DNA of 64,000 bases, from assembly GCA_030650275.1 (NCBI GenBank), contig JAUSEK010000005.1, positions 39,307 to 103,306 of the forward strand, given 5' to 3'. Under the pieces are notes generated by a model that made no database searches, was not told where the DNA came from, and saw only the letters and a program-made list of their open reading frames with translations. Origin of the DNA: Candidatus Omnitrophota bacterium (GTDB taxonomy: Bacteria > Omnitrophota > Gorgyraeia > Zapsychrales > Fredricksoniimonadaceae). The position numbers and the translations under genes were made by a program. Below, piece after piece: positions 26,764 through 36,395 of this stretch (the stretch's first letter is position 1; each line of letters begins with the position of its first letter).

Positions 26764-29065
26764 AGAATACATTGACCCGGTCGGAAAAAGCGTGCCCCGC
26801 ATTGACGGCAGGGGCATTGTCACCGGCCAGACCAAATACGCGTTTGACGTGGCTTTTCCCAACATGCTCGTCGGAAAAATGCTGCGTTCCCCGCATGCCC
26901 ACGCGCGCATCATTAGCATTGATACCTCTAAAGCCGAAGCATTGCCCGGGGTCAAGGCCATCATCACGGCCAGGGACACCGGCTTGATCAAGTTCGGTTC
27001 CAATGAATATTTCTTTCCGCACACCGTGGACCAGATGGCGCTTGAGGCGGACAAGGTGCGCTATATCGGCGATGAGATCGGCGCTGTGGCTGCCGTGGAT
27101 GAAGAGACCGCGGATGAGGCGCTCAAACTCATCGACGTAAAATATGAAATCTTGCCGGCTGTCTTTGACATTGAAGAAGCCATCAAGCCCGGCGCCCCGC
27201 AGATCCATGAATCCATGAACAATATCGCGGTCATTTTGCCGGTCAATTTCGGCAACCCGGAACGGGCCATGAAAGAATCTGACTATGTGCGCGAAGACAG
27301 GTTTTGGTGTCCGGCCGCCCATCACGCCGCCCTGGAGCCGCATGTCTGCGTGGGGCAATGGGAGACATTTTCCAATAAGATCACGCTGTGGTCGTCCAGC
27401 CAGGCGCCGTTCAAATGCCGCGAGGCCTTGGCCAAGACATTGAAGATGGACCTCAACGACGTGCGCGTCATCAAGATGGCGGTCGGCGGCGGTTTTGGCG
27501 GGAAACTGGAAATGCTGCCCATGGATTTCGCGGCCTGCCTTTTGTCAAAAAAAGCCGGCGGCTTGCCGGTCAAAATTTCTTTGAGCCGCGAGGAAGAATT
27601 TATCAGCACCCGCCGCAAGCACGGCATGATCTATAAAATAAAGACAGGGGTCAAGAAAGACGGCACCATCATGGCCATCACCGGTGAGGTTTTGGCGGAC
27701 GGCGGGGCGTATTGCAGTTATGGCCCGACGGTATTGGCCGCGGCCATCATGCGCATTTTCATGGTGTATAAGATCCAGCATTTCCGCATGAGCGGTTATC
27801 GTGTTTATACCAATACACCTGTCAGCGGGGCCATGCGCGGCTTCGGCGGCGTGCAAAGCGGGTTTGCCATTGAATCCCACATGGACATGATCGCCAGGGA
27901 CTTAGGCATGGACGCGGTGGAATTCCGTCTGAAGAACATCACAACGCCCAACATGGTCACGATCAACAAGATGGTCCTGACCACCAATGGTCTACGCGAA
28001 TGCATTGAAAAGGCCTGCGCCGCGGCCCAGTGGACCAAAAAACGGGGCAAACAGAAAAAATTGTGCCGGGGCATCGGCATCGGCATTGCCGCTGATGTCA
28101 TGGGTTCTAAAATGTACAAGTCGCACGAGAGCGCCGGGTCCATCGTCAAGGTGGAAGAGGACGGGTCGGTGTATTTATTTACCGGTGCCGCGGACACGGG
28201 ACAGGGGTCCAATACCGCGCTTTCGCAGATCGCGGCCCAGGAATTGGGGGTCAGCTACAGCCGCATCAAATGCAAATCCGGGGACACGGAGATCACCCCA
28301 TTTGACACGGGCAGTTTTGCCAGCCGTGTCACGTTCATTTCCGGCAACGCGACCGTGTTGGCCGCGCGCGACGCTAAAAAACAAATTTTAGACATCGTGG
28401 CCAAAGAGCATGGCCTTGACCCGGATGATCTGGATATCAAGTCGGAAAAGGTCGTTGTTAAGAAAGACAACAGCGTCCTTATGAATTTTGACAAAGCGCT
28501 GGAATTATGCTCTTCATTCAATTACGGCAAGCAGATCATCGGCAGGGGCAGTTATAATCCCAAGACAACTCCCATTGATTTTCGCACCGGTGAGGGAAAT
28601 GTTTCTGGCAGTTATGGATTTGAGGCGCAGATCGCGGAAGTGGAAGTCAACAAAGAGACCGGCCAGGTGAAAATTCTGGCCATGTGGGACGCGCATGACA
28701 TCGGCAAGGCCATCAATCCCCAGTCCGTGGAAGCGCAGATCGAGGGTTCCCTGGCCATGGGCATCGGTTATACGTTTTATGAGGACCTGCGGTTCAAGAA
28801 CGGCAGGGTCGCCAACGGCAATTTTGCCAATTACCGTTTGCCGCGCTCCATCGGCACGCCCCCCATGCATACGATCCTGGTGGAAACCAATGACCCTGAA
28901 GGGCCGTTTGGCGCCAAGGGCATGGGGGAGGCGTCGCTTCTGCCCACGTCCGCCGCGATTGCCAATGCCATTGAAGACGCCATCGGCGTGCGCATCAAGG
29001 ACCTGCCCATCACACCGGACAAAATTATTAAAGCGTTAAAAGAGACAGAAAAAATATTGTCTTAA
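26744..29065 (+). CDS. Molybdopterin-binding large subunit of the xanthine dehydrogenase/aldehyde oxidase/CODH family
   Basis: 773 aa with a/b-hammerhead and MoCo-binding domains (GGGFGGK, GxGxxT motifs). Confidence 0.85.
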   Translation: MKTKINKEYIDPVGKSVPRIDGRGIVTGQTKYAFDVAFPNMLVGKMLRSPHAHARIISIDTSKAEALPGVKAIITARDTGLIKFGSNEYFFPHTVDQMALEADKVRYIGDEIGAVAAVDEETADEALKLIDVKYEILPAVFDIEEAIKPGAPQIHESMNNIAVILPVNFGNPERAMKESDYVREDRFWCPAAHHAALEPHVCVGQWETFSNKITLWSSSQAPFKCREALAKTLKMDLNDVRVIKMAVGGGFGGKLEMLPMDFAACLLSKKAGGLPVKISLSREEEFISTRRKHGMIYKIKTGVKKDGTIMAITGEVLADGGAYCSYGPTVLAAAIMRIFMVYKIQHFRMSGYRVYTNTPVSGAMRGFGGVQSGFAIESHMDMIARDLGMDAVEFRLKNITTPNMVTINKMVLTTNGLRECIEKACAAAQWTKKRGKQKKLCRGIGIGIAADVMGSKMYKSHESAGSIVKVEEDGSVYLFTGAADTGQGSNTALSQIAAQELGVSYSRIKCKSGDTEITPFDTGSFASRVTFISGNATVLAARDAKKQILDIVAKEHGLDPDDLDIKSEKVVVKKDNSVLMNFDKALELCSSFNYGKQIIGRGSYNPKTTPIDFRTGEGNVSGSYGFEAQIAEVEVNKETGQVKILAMWDAHDIGKAINPQSVEAQIEGSLAMGIGYTFYEDLRFKNGRVANGNFANYRLPRSIGTPPMHTILVETNDPEGPFGAKGMGEASLLPTSAAIANAIEDAIGVRIKDLPITPDKIIKALKETEKILS

Positions 29066-29091
29066 CCCGATTTGAGGATATAATTGAATTT

Positions 29092-29466
29092 ATGAAATAT
29101 TTCGTCCTGTTGCTCCTGCTGGCCGTTGGTTCTTTGTCCGGATGTTCCTTTTATCAGGTTGATTCCAAAGGCACCACGCCGGATTTTTATGAGCCGAAAA
29201 AGAGCATCAATGACGTGGCTTATCTGGAAAAGATCGACCAGCCCTACGAGGAGATCGGTGTTGTGACCGTGATCACCGAACGCCGTCAGACCCTGGAAGA
29301 TGTTTTGCCCAAGCTGAAAAATGAGGCCGCGATCCTGGGGGGCGATGCCATCACCGATATCCAGACCGATGCCGATGATCTGTGGAAAAAGGTCAGGCCG
29401 CGCAAACTTTTCGGCAATGCCTATACGCGCGCCAAGTACACGGCCAAGGTTGTTGTTCTGAAATAA
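29092..29466 (+). CDS. Small lipoprotein
   Basis: Lipobox SLSGCSFY, 124 aa. Confidence 0.4.
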   Translation: MKYFVLLLLLAVGSLSGCSFYQVDSKGTTPDFYEPKKSINDVAYLEKIDQPYEEIGVVTVITERRQTLEDVLPKLKNEAAILGGDAITDIQTDADDLWKKVRPRKLFGNAYTRAKYTAKVVVLK

Positions 29467-29551
29467 TTATTTTAGTGTCATGCCCGAATGTTTCTGTCGG
29501 GCATCTAGTGCATTAGTTTCTGGATTCCCGATAAAAGCATTCGGGAATGAC

Positions 29552-29577
29552 AAATCAGAAGGGACGCTTAAACAGCG
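29552..29577 (+). terminator. Bidirectional hairpin terminator between convergent genes
   Basis: GGACGCT-TAAAC-AGCGTCC followed by TTTTTT. Overlaps the stop of the minus-strand MocA-like gene. Confidence 0.5.
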
Positions 29578-30152
29578 TCCTTTTTTATTTGTTCTAATTC
29601 TTCGGGGGTGTTGAAGGTCTGGACAATGCCGGGATCATTGATCTCAAGGGTCTGCGGGGCATGGACGGCGAATAAACTGTTCAGGCCTTTGGAGGGGGAA
29701 AGGGCGAGGATCTCTGATTTAAGGGAAGCGTTGAACACCGGCGGGTGGCCGCGTTTGCTTTGGTAAGCCGGAATAAGGATAGCCGGATTGTTTTGTTTAA
29801 AATGACGGATGAGCGCATCCACGGTGGACGTCAGGATGAAAGGACAGTCCACAGGGGCCAGAAGCACGGCACGGGTCTCCTTCCCGACGATAGAAAGACC
29901 CGCCTGGAAGGAGGATGTCTGCCCTAATTTATAATCTTTATTATAGACAATACGGACTTTTTTGTGGTTAAATACATGCGGATTGACGGCGTCAAAATAC
30001 GCGCCCAGGACCACGATGATCTCATCCGCGATGGAACCCAACAGCGTGTTTTGCAGGTCTTCAATGGCTGTCCGTCGGGATGTTCTGGCCAGCGCCTTGG
30101 GGGAGCCGAATCTCTCGCTTTCCCCGGCGGATAAAAGGACACAGGAAATCAT
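29568..30152 (-). CDS. MobA/MocA-like molybdenum cofactor nucleotidyltransferase
   Basis: N-terminus VLLSAGESERFGSPKAL (LLAGGxSxRMG-type) with the GT-A fold. Confidence 0.7.
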   Translation of the reverse strand: MISCVLLSAGESERFGSPKALARTSRRTAIEDLQNTLLGSIADEIIVVLGAYFDAVNPHVFNHKKVRIVYNKDYKLGQTSSFQAGLSIVGKETRAVLLAPVDCPFILTSTVDALIRHFKQNNPAILIPAYQSKRGHPPVFNASLKSEILALSPSKGLNSLFAVHAPQTLEINDPGIVQTFNTPEELEQIKKDAV

Positions 30153-30187
30153 AACGGCATTATAGAACCCATGGGTCTTTTGTCAAA

Positions 30188-30484
30188 ATGATCGTTTTTT
30201 TACTTCTTGTTATTTCCGCTTTGGCCATTTTGATCACCTTCCGTCTTTTATCCAGGGGGGCTGGCGCACCTGCGCCGGCTGAATTGCCCGCGGCCATTGA
30301 TCTGCCCGAAAAATTTGAACGCCTGCTCTCGGAAAAGAACCAACTCATCGATCGCCTGGAAAAGCAGGTGGAAGCGGAACGTTCGCACCGGCTGGAATTT
30401 GAAAAGGTCAAGGAGCTGTTGGACGAAGAGATCTTAAGATTAAAAGAGCAGAACCGCGGCCTAAAAATTTCCAAGGAGTCCTGA
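30188..30484 (+). CDS. Small membrane-anchored coiled-coil protein
   Basis: N-terminal TM then heptad-repeat sequence. 98 aa. Confidence 0.3.
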   Translation: MIVFLLLVISALAILITFRLLSRGAGAPAPAELPAAIDLPEKFERLLSEKNQLIDRLEKQVEAERSHRLEFEKVKELLDEEILRLKEQNRGLKISKES

Positions 30485-30486
30485 AT

Positions 30487-31038
30487 ATGCGTCGTATCCT
30501 GATTTTATCTGTTTTATGTTTTCTGTTCGTATCATTAACCAACGCGCAAGAGGAGAATTCCGTGCCCAAGAATCCCGTTGTTGTGTTTGAAACCACCCAG
30601 GGGGTGATCGAATTGAAATTATTCCCCGACATTGCCCCCAAGGCCTGCGAAAATATGGTCGGGCTGGTCAAAAAAGGATATTACAACGGTATTATTTTTC
30701 ATCGTGTGATCAAGAATTTCATGCTCCAGGGAGGTGACCCGACCGGCACAGGCAGCGGTGGGGAGAGCTTGTGGGGCGGAAAGTTCGAGGATGAATTCAG
30801 CTCTTTGTACAGTTTTGCTAAGCCCGGTATTCTGGCCATGGCCAATGCCGGCCCCGGCACCAACGGCAGTCAATTCTTCATCACCACGGCCTCGACCCCG
30901 TGGCTCAACAATCACCACACCATCTTCGGAGAGGTCTCCGCCGGTTATGACGTTGTGCAGAAGATCGAGAACACACCCGCCGGTCCGGGCGACCGTCCCG
31001 TCACCGACCAAAAGATCATCAAGGCCTACATAAAATAA
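30487..31038 (+). CDS. ppiB: Peptidyl-prolyl cis-trans isomerase, cyclophilin type (secreted)
   Basis: HRVIKNFMLQGGDPTGTG and FFITT motifs, N-terminal signal peptide. Confidence 0.9.
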   Translation: MRRILILSVLCFLFVSLTNAQEENSVPKNPVVVFETTQGVIELKLFPDIAPKACENMVGLVKKGYYNGIIFHRVIKNFMLQGGDPTGTGSGGESLWGGKFEDEFSSLYSFAKPGILAMANAGPGTNGSQFFITTASTPWLNNHHTIFGEVSAGYDVVQKIENTPAGPGDRPVTDQKIIKAYIK

Positions 31039-31071
31039 TCGTAGGGGCGGGGTAACCCCGCCCGTACATCT

Positions 31072-31863
31072 ATGGAAGATATCCTCTACAAAGCCCTGCA
31101 GGCGGTCCAAAAGGGGCAGAGTTACGCGTTTGCCACCATCACAGAAGCTACACCCAAAGGCACTCCCCGCAAAACCGGCTCCAAAATGATCGTTTTTGAC
31201 GACGGGACGTCGTGGGGGACCATCGGCGGCGGCCGCAATGAGAAAGCCGCCATTGCCGAATGCCTCAAAGCCATTGCCGGCCGGAAACCCGTCAACGTCA
31301 CCTATAATTATTTCGGAAGGAAAGGGGAGTCGGTGTGCGGCGGCCAGATGAAGGTTTTTATTGAACCGTTCGCGCCGCAAAAGTATCTGGTCATTTGCGG
31401 GGCCGGCCATATAGCGCTTCCTTTATCAGCGATCGGAAAAATGCTCGGATTTAGGGTGACCATCATTGATAACCGCAAGGCCTTTGCCAATAAAAAACGG
31501 TTCCCGCACGCGGACCAGATCATTGTTGGTGATCATGCCAAAGAGTTGGCCAGGGTGTCCGTTGACCCCGATACGTTTATCGCCGTCGTGACCCAGGGCA
31601 ATGAATTTGACTATGAATGCATGAAGGCGGTGATCAGGTCGGATGCCGCCTATATCGGTATTATTTCCAGCAAGCCCAAAAAAGTCAAATTCTTCAAACG
31701 TTTGCGGGAAGAAGGCGTTGAGGAAAAATATCTCAAGCGCGTGCATATCCCCATGGGCATTGACCTCGGCGCCCAGACGCCCGAGGAGATCGCGGTTTCC
31801 ATATGCAGCCAGATGGTTGCTTTGAATAACAAGGACAGTATCGGAACGGTTAAATTTAAATAG
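31072..31863 (+). CDS. XdhC/CoxI family molybdoenzyme maturation factor
   Basis: XdhC_CoxI N-domain (YAFATI...) and a Rossmann-like C-domain (LVICGAGHIALPL). Confidence 0.7.
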   Translation: MEDILYKALQAVQKGQSYAFATITEATPKGTPRKTGSKMIVFDDGTSWGTIGGGRNEKAAIAECLKAIAGRKPVNVTYNYFGRKGESVCGGQMKVFIEPFAPQKYLVICGAGHIALPLSAIGKMLGFRVTIIDNRKAFANKKRFPHADQIIVGDHAKELARVSVDPDTFIAVVTQGNEFDYECMKAVIRSDAAYIGIISSKPKKVKFFKRLREEGVEEKYLKRVHIPMGIDLGAQTPEEIAVSICSQMVALNNKDSIGTVKFK

Positions 31864-31873
31864 GGGGGACGGG

Positions 31874-32281
31874 ATGAACAAAGAAGAAGCCATTGATATT
31901 GTCCGCGACGCCGGGTTTGGGTTTTTGGCCACGGTGGGAGGGGACCAGCCGCACGTGCGGCCCATGATGCCTTATTTGACCGAAGAAGGGGAATTATTGC
32001 TGGCCCTTTTGGGCCGTTCGCGCACCATTTCTGATATCAAATCCAACCCCAAGGTTGAAGTGTGTTTCGTGGACCGCAAAATGTGGTATTGCCGCGTGAC
32101 GGGAACGGCTGTTTTGAGCGATGACGCGGCTAAGAAAAATCTGGTTTGGGAAGGCATCCCTATGCTGCGCCAGTATTTTGCCGGCCCGCAGGACCAGGGC
32201 TTCCATTTGGCGGTCATCACGATCAAAAGCATTGAAGCCATGACGCCCCACGGCCGCACGCCGGAACAGATCAACTTATAA
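31874..32281 (+). CDS. Pyridoxamine 5'-phosphate oxidase-like FMN-binding protein
   Basis: GFGFLATVGGDQPHVRPM, a split-barrel PNPOx-like pattern. Confidence 0.55.
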   Translation: MNKEEAIDIVRDAGFGFLATVGGDQPHVRPMMPYLTEEGELLLALLGRSRTISDIKSNPKVEVCFVDRKMWYCRVTGTAVLSDDAAKKNLVWEGIPMLRQYFAGPQDQGFHLAVITIKSIEAMTPHGRTPEQINL

Positions 32282-32292
32282 AAGGAGGATTT

Positions 32293-32703
32293 ATGCACAT
32301 TGACAAAGAAAACGCGGAATTAAGCTGGATATCGATGGTCTTAAGGGTCGCCATGGCGTCTTTGTTCGCAGTGGCGGCTTACGGCAAATTCACCGGTTTG
32401 GAGAATTATACGGCCATGATCATGGGCATGTTCAAAGACACGTTTTTGCCCGCCTGGCTTTTATCGCCGTATGTCAATCTTTTGCCGTATGCGGAGGCCC
32501 TGGCAGCTATTTGGCTCTTGGTTGGGGTCAAGCTTAGGGAGGCCTGGGTATTTACGGCTTTTTTGCTGGTCAGTTTGGCATTTGGCATAATGGTGATCAA
32601 ACAGAGCGCGGCAGATAACTTTGTTTTTGTGCTGGTCGCATGCCTGGGGCTGTATGCCAGCCGGTATGATGCCTGCGCCTTAGGGAAATGCTGTAAGAAA
32701 TAA
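32293..32703 (+). CDS. DoxX-like small membrane protein
   Basis: Four predicted TM helices. 136 aa. Confidence 0.35.
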   Translation: MHIDKENAELSWISMVLRVAMASLFAVAAYGKFTGLENYTAMIMGMFKDTFLPAWLLSPYVNLLPYAEALAAIWLLVGVKLREAWVFTAFLLVSLAFGIMVIKQSAADNFVFVLVACLGLYASRYDACALGKCCKK

Positions 32704-32771
32704 GCCAGGGAATCCAGGCCTTGCGTATGCGGTGAATATGTGGTATATTTACCGCATAAGGTGCGGTGAAT

Positions 32772-33872
32772 ATGCGGTATATATATCAACTTAATAATTG
32801 GCCAAAATTCGCCTGGAACCATAAAAAGATCTCAGGCCTGCTTGGCCCCATACGCAATCGCCAGGGGCAGTTGACCGGGCGAATGGGGGCGATGGGATTT
32901 TTGCTGCGTTCGGAAGCCCTGCTGCAGACGCTCACGCTGGATGTCCTCAAAAGTAGTGAGATCGAAGGGGAACATCTTAACCCTGACCAGGTGCGTTCGT
33001 CTATTGCCCGTAAATTGGGGATGGACATCGGAGGACTTGTGCCTTCCGACAGGAATGTGGACGGTATGGTGGCCATGATGCTTGATGCGACCCAGTATTT
33101 TAATAAACCTCTGACGAAGGCTCGTCTGTTCGGTTGGCAATCCGGTCTTTTTCCAGGGGGTTATAGTGGAATGCACAAGATCGTCACCGGCGGCTGGCGC
33201 GATGACCGGCACGGTCCTATGCAGGTTGTTTCTGGCCCGGTTGGCAGGGAACGTGTCCATTTTGAGGCACCGGATGCCGCCCGTCTTGAAGCGGAAATGA
33301 AGACCTTCCTTCAGTGGTTCAATGCCGTAGCAGAGATCGACCCGGTCCTTAAAGCAGCCATCGCCCATTTATGGTTTGTGATCATTCATCCTTTTGAGGA
33401 TGGGAATGGACGTTTGGCCAGGGCGATAACAGACATGCAGCTGGCCCGTGCTGATGGCAGTAGCCAGCGTTTTTATAGCATGTCTGTGCAGATCGGGCAG
33501 GAAAGAAATACCTATTATACCATCCTGGAAAAAACACAGGAAAGCGATGACTTGGACATTACATCATGGCTGGAATGGTTCTTAAACTGCCTAGACCGGG
33601 CGATTACGGCAACCGAGAATACATTAGCCAAGGTCCTTAGGAAAGCCCGGTTTTGGGCGGAACAACCAGTTGCAGCCATTAACGAGCGTCAACGGACGAT
33701 GATCAACCGGTTATTTGACGGTTTTGAGGGGAAGTTGACGTCATCCAAATGGGCCAAGATCACCAAATGTTCGACTGATACGGCATTGAGGGATATCCTG
33801 GATCTTATTAAAAAAGGGGTCCTGACTAAGGAAATAGCTGGCGGGCGCAGTACAAGTTACCGTTTAATATAA
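32772..33872 (+). CDS. fic: Fic family protein, class II (N-terminal inhibitory helix) with C-terminal wHTH
   Basis: Fic motif HPFEDGNGRLAR and inhibitory motif SSEIEG (S/TxxxEG) N-terminal to it. 366 aa, similar in length and architecture to Shewanella SoFic. ATG at 32772; an upstream GTG at 32766 is also possible. Confidence 0.85.
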   Translation: MRYIYQLNNWPKFAWNHKKISGLLGPIRNRQGQLTGRMGAMGFLLRSEALLQTLTLDVLKSSEIEGEHLNPDQVRSSIARKLGMDIGGLVPSDRNVDGMVAMMLDATQYFNKPLTKARLFGWQSGLFPGGYSGMHKIVTGGWRDDRHGPMQVVSGPVGRERVHFEAPDAARLEAEMKTFLQWFNAVAEIDPVLKAAIAHLWFVIIHPFEDGNGRLARAITDMQLARADGSSQRFYSMSVQIGQERNTYYTILEKTQESDDLDITSWLEWFLNCLDRAITATENTLAKVLRKARFWAEQPVAAINERQRTMINRLFDGFEGKLTSSKWAKITKCSTDTALRDILDLIKKGVLTKEIAGGRSTSYRLI

Positions 33873-33896
33873 GCAAAGAGAAGTTGTTTGTTGTAG

Positions 33897-33930
33897 AAAA
33901 CCCCTTGGAAGCCCAAGGGGTTTCTTTTTG
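33897..33930 (+). terminator. Intrinsic terminator of fic
   Basis: AAAACCCCTTGG-AAGC-CCAAGGGGTTT followed by CTTTTTG. Confidence 0.75.
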
Positions 33931-34206
33931 CCCTATAATCCATATTCCCTGTATAAATAGTTAACATAACATGTATTATGGGAAGTAAAATAGATGACGG
34001 GAAAGGGGCTGGAACACAGCTATTTTTATCAGTTCTTGCGGTTAATCAGGCCCTTCACCCATGGATCATCCTTTCTTTGATTGCAGTTACCGTTGAGAGA
34101 TTTTATCCTCACGCCCAAACAAGCACCCTCATTTAATTAGCGCCTGTCACTGTCACCCTTTATTTTTTAATTTACCCTACACAAAGTAACAATCATGATA
34201 AGGCTA

Positions 34207-34953
34207 TTAACTTTGTTGAGGAATTAAAGGTACCGGCTTAATTTTTGAATCTAGTATCTTCTGCAATTCTTCTTTTTCTGATTTAAACTTCTTATCATCT
34301 AATGATGAAATTATTTCATAATACTCAGCAATTCTCTCTGAATCCCCTATTGGGCCAATTGCACGTAAAGATCCCTTAAGAAAATCTATGTGAAGCTTTA
34401 TCCATGAATCGTCAATGTGCGGACAATTGACATATTCCCTAATTGCTCTAGCAAACCAAACAGCAGCAGAAGAATGTTCGTTATTTTCTTTATAAATACG
34501 ACCTAATGCATTGTAATTATCCCCAGTTAACTCAATAATCTTATTACTAACATTACCTTTAAACTCATAGAATTTTTCATTAACCTTCTTCTCAAGATTG
34601 CTGGTCATCTGTTCAATATGGTCAACGAATTCTTTTTTAATTTCATTCCTTGCTTTGTTAACATCTGTTTTTAGTTCTTTTTTAATAAGACCAAAATTAA
34701 TTAAACCGGTTAAGCCGAGTATAATAGTTGTTAAAGAAATAAAAATAGTTATATTTGTTGAGTAACTTTGTCTTTGAGATTCCAGTAGTTCTTTATAGAA
34801 TTGATCATTCTGGGTAATCTTTTCTTCTAATATAGTTAAACGCTTATCTACAAGTTGTTCTTGGCCAGCCTGGGTAGCTTCTTTATTTGCACTGTAACAA
34901 ATACTTAGACAAATAAAATATGTTGTAATGAAAAGAATAGCACGCACTCTCAT
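34207..34953 (-). CDS. Hypothetical membrane protein with coiled-coil (low GC, probably foreign)
   Basis: Signal/TM N-terminus, a coiled-coil, and a central TM (ITIFISLTTIILGLTGLINFGLI). The gene is very AT-rich relative to its neighbours. Confidence 0.4.
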   Translation of the reverse strand: MRVRAILFITTYFICLSICYSANKEATQAGQEQLVDKRLTILEEKITQNDQFYKELLESQRQSYSTNITIFISLTTIILGLTGLINFGLIKKELKTDVNKARNEIKKEFVDHIEQMTSNLEKKVNEKFYEFKGNVSNKIIELTGDNYNALGRIYKENNEHSSAAVWFARAIREYVNCPHIDDSWIKLHIDFLKGSLRAIGPIGDSERIAEYYEIISSLDDKKFKSEKEELQKILDSKIKPVPLIPQQS

Positions 34954-35033
34954 CAGTATCCCCCCTATTTGTAAAATTGTTTCATTTGTTGAGGAAATAT
35001 TAGTAGAAAATTAGGAAAATTAGGGACAGCGCC

Positions 35034-35312
35034 CTATTTACCAGGTAATTGGCTGACAAAGGCGATGGCTTGGCCTACCCACCCTTTCATGGGGCGGCCG
35101 GTGATGTCAAAAGGTACGACATTCTTTTGTTTGAGCGTTTTGACAGCCTGCTCCTGCCCAAGGCGCAGGATCAGGTCTTTCTTCCAAATGCCGAAACACA
35201 TGTTGCCGCGCAAAAGAAATCCCATTCCGCCGAACATGTTTTGTTCATAAAAGTCCGTCCGCTTGGCGATCAAGGTCCTTAAACGTTTGGCTAACTGCTC
35301 ATCGTAGGCCAT
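35034..35312 (-). CDS. TfoX N-terminal domain-like protein
   Basis: YDEQLAKRLRTLI...NMFGGMGFLL...LILRL...VPFDI matches the TfoX_N pattern. 92 aa. Confidence 0.55.
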   Translation of the reverse strand: MAYDEQLAKRLRTLIAKRTDFYEQNMFGGMGFLLRGNMCFGIWKKDLILRLGQEQAVKTLKQKNVVPFDITGRPMKGWVGQAIAFVSQLPGK

Positions 35313-35337
35313 AAATATTTAATATTGGTGATAGGCA

Positions 35338-35592
35338 CTATTTGATTATAAATTCTTTCCCCTTATCCGTAATGACCACCTCATCGCTTGAGTTGTCATA
35401 GGTGACCAGGCCTTCATTGACAAAGGATTCCATCATCAGGGAGAATCTTTGGTGCTGGATCAGATAGGTCTTTAGACAATAGTCGTGCAGATCTCCCAGG
35501 GACAGCGAGCCGCCCGATGTGTCCAAATGCTTCAAAACGCCTTTGCGGGCGCGTTCAAAGAATTCCTTGATTTTAGCTTCCTGGTCTTGCAT
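35338..35592 (-). CDS. Hypothetical protein (84 aa)
   Basis: ORF with codon usage like its neighbours. No recognisable motif. Confidence 0.3.
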   Translation of the reverse strand: MQDQEAKIKEFFERARKGVLKHLDTSGGSLSLGDLHDYCLKTYLIQHQRFSLMMESFVNEGLVTYDNSSDEVVITDKGKEFIIK

Positions 35593-35734
35593 GTGAGGGT
35601 TAGATTACTGCTTTTGGGAGGTTATTTCAAGGGTTTTGGGGCTTGACACAGGTAGGCTAATGTTCTATACTTCTTTTGTATCACGATGAGGGATCAACCA
35701 AAGGGTTCCGTCCCGCGGCTCATGTCCCTCTTTT

Positions 35735-36226
35735 TTATTGTTTTAAATACCCCAGCCTTTCTTTCAAATCCGTTACAAAAGTTATATCAGATCCAAATTT
35801 CTTCAAAAGAGCCGAATATTTATATTGGTTTGGGACCAATAACCTTTCCAATTTGCCGTTATTCTTTAGGTGTTCAATGAGGCAATGGAAATCTCCATCC
35901 CCTGTCACAACCACTGCTTTATCATAATTGTTCCATTCGATCATGGCATGAAGCACCAACTCCGCGTCAACGTTTCCCTTTACCCGACCGCCTTTAAGAT
36001 CAAGCGTGGGTTTGAAGACCAGAGCATATCCTTGCTGTTGAAGCGCTGTGTATAACGCTTGTTGTGCGGGTATGTAGCCGATGAACAGGAACGCTTTGCT
36101 AACTTTGTATTTATCTTTGAGATACCTGCAAAAGCGTTTGTAATCCAGTCGCCAGCCTTGGTCTTTGATGGATAGGTTCAGGTTTTGGCTGTCAATGAAA
36201 GCGTAATTGTTGAATAACTCCCCCAT
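35735..36226 (-). CDS. NYN-domain (LabA-like PIN fold) putative RNase
   Basis: N-terminal FIDSQN and VVVTGDGDFHCLIEHL acidic motifs characteristic of NYN/LabA. Confidence 0.65.
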   Translation of the reverse strand: MGELFNNYAFIDSQNLNLSIKDQGWRLDYKRFCRYLKDKYKVSKAFLFIGYIPAQQALYTALQQQGYALVFKPTLDLKGGRVKGNVDAELVLHAMIEWNNYDKAVVVTGDGDFHCLIEHLKNNGKLERLLVPNQYKYSALLKKFGSDITFVTDLKERLGYLKQ

Positions 36227-36395
36227 GGGCTGGCTCCTGCTTGGGCTGGTACTTCTGCGTTGGGGATACGCGGATTAGTATGAATACTACCGGCCCGGGG
36301 AAAGCCGATTTACAAACATGCATCAGTTCGGGGAAAACCAATGGCTTAAGATTACTACTTCTGGGGGTTTGGGGTCAAGCGATAAATCTTTTGCC

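Noticed and set aside
33930-34206. AT-rich intergenic stretch scanned for tRNA, att repeats or a small ORF (a 34-aa MGSKIDDGKGAG... candidate)
   Set aside because: No cloverleaf is detectable. The mini-ORF has no RBS or conservation evidence. It was left unannotated.
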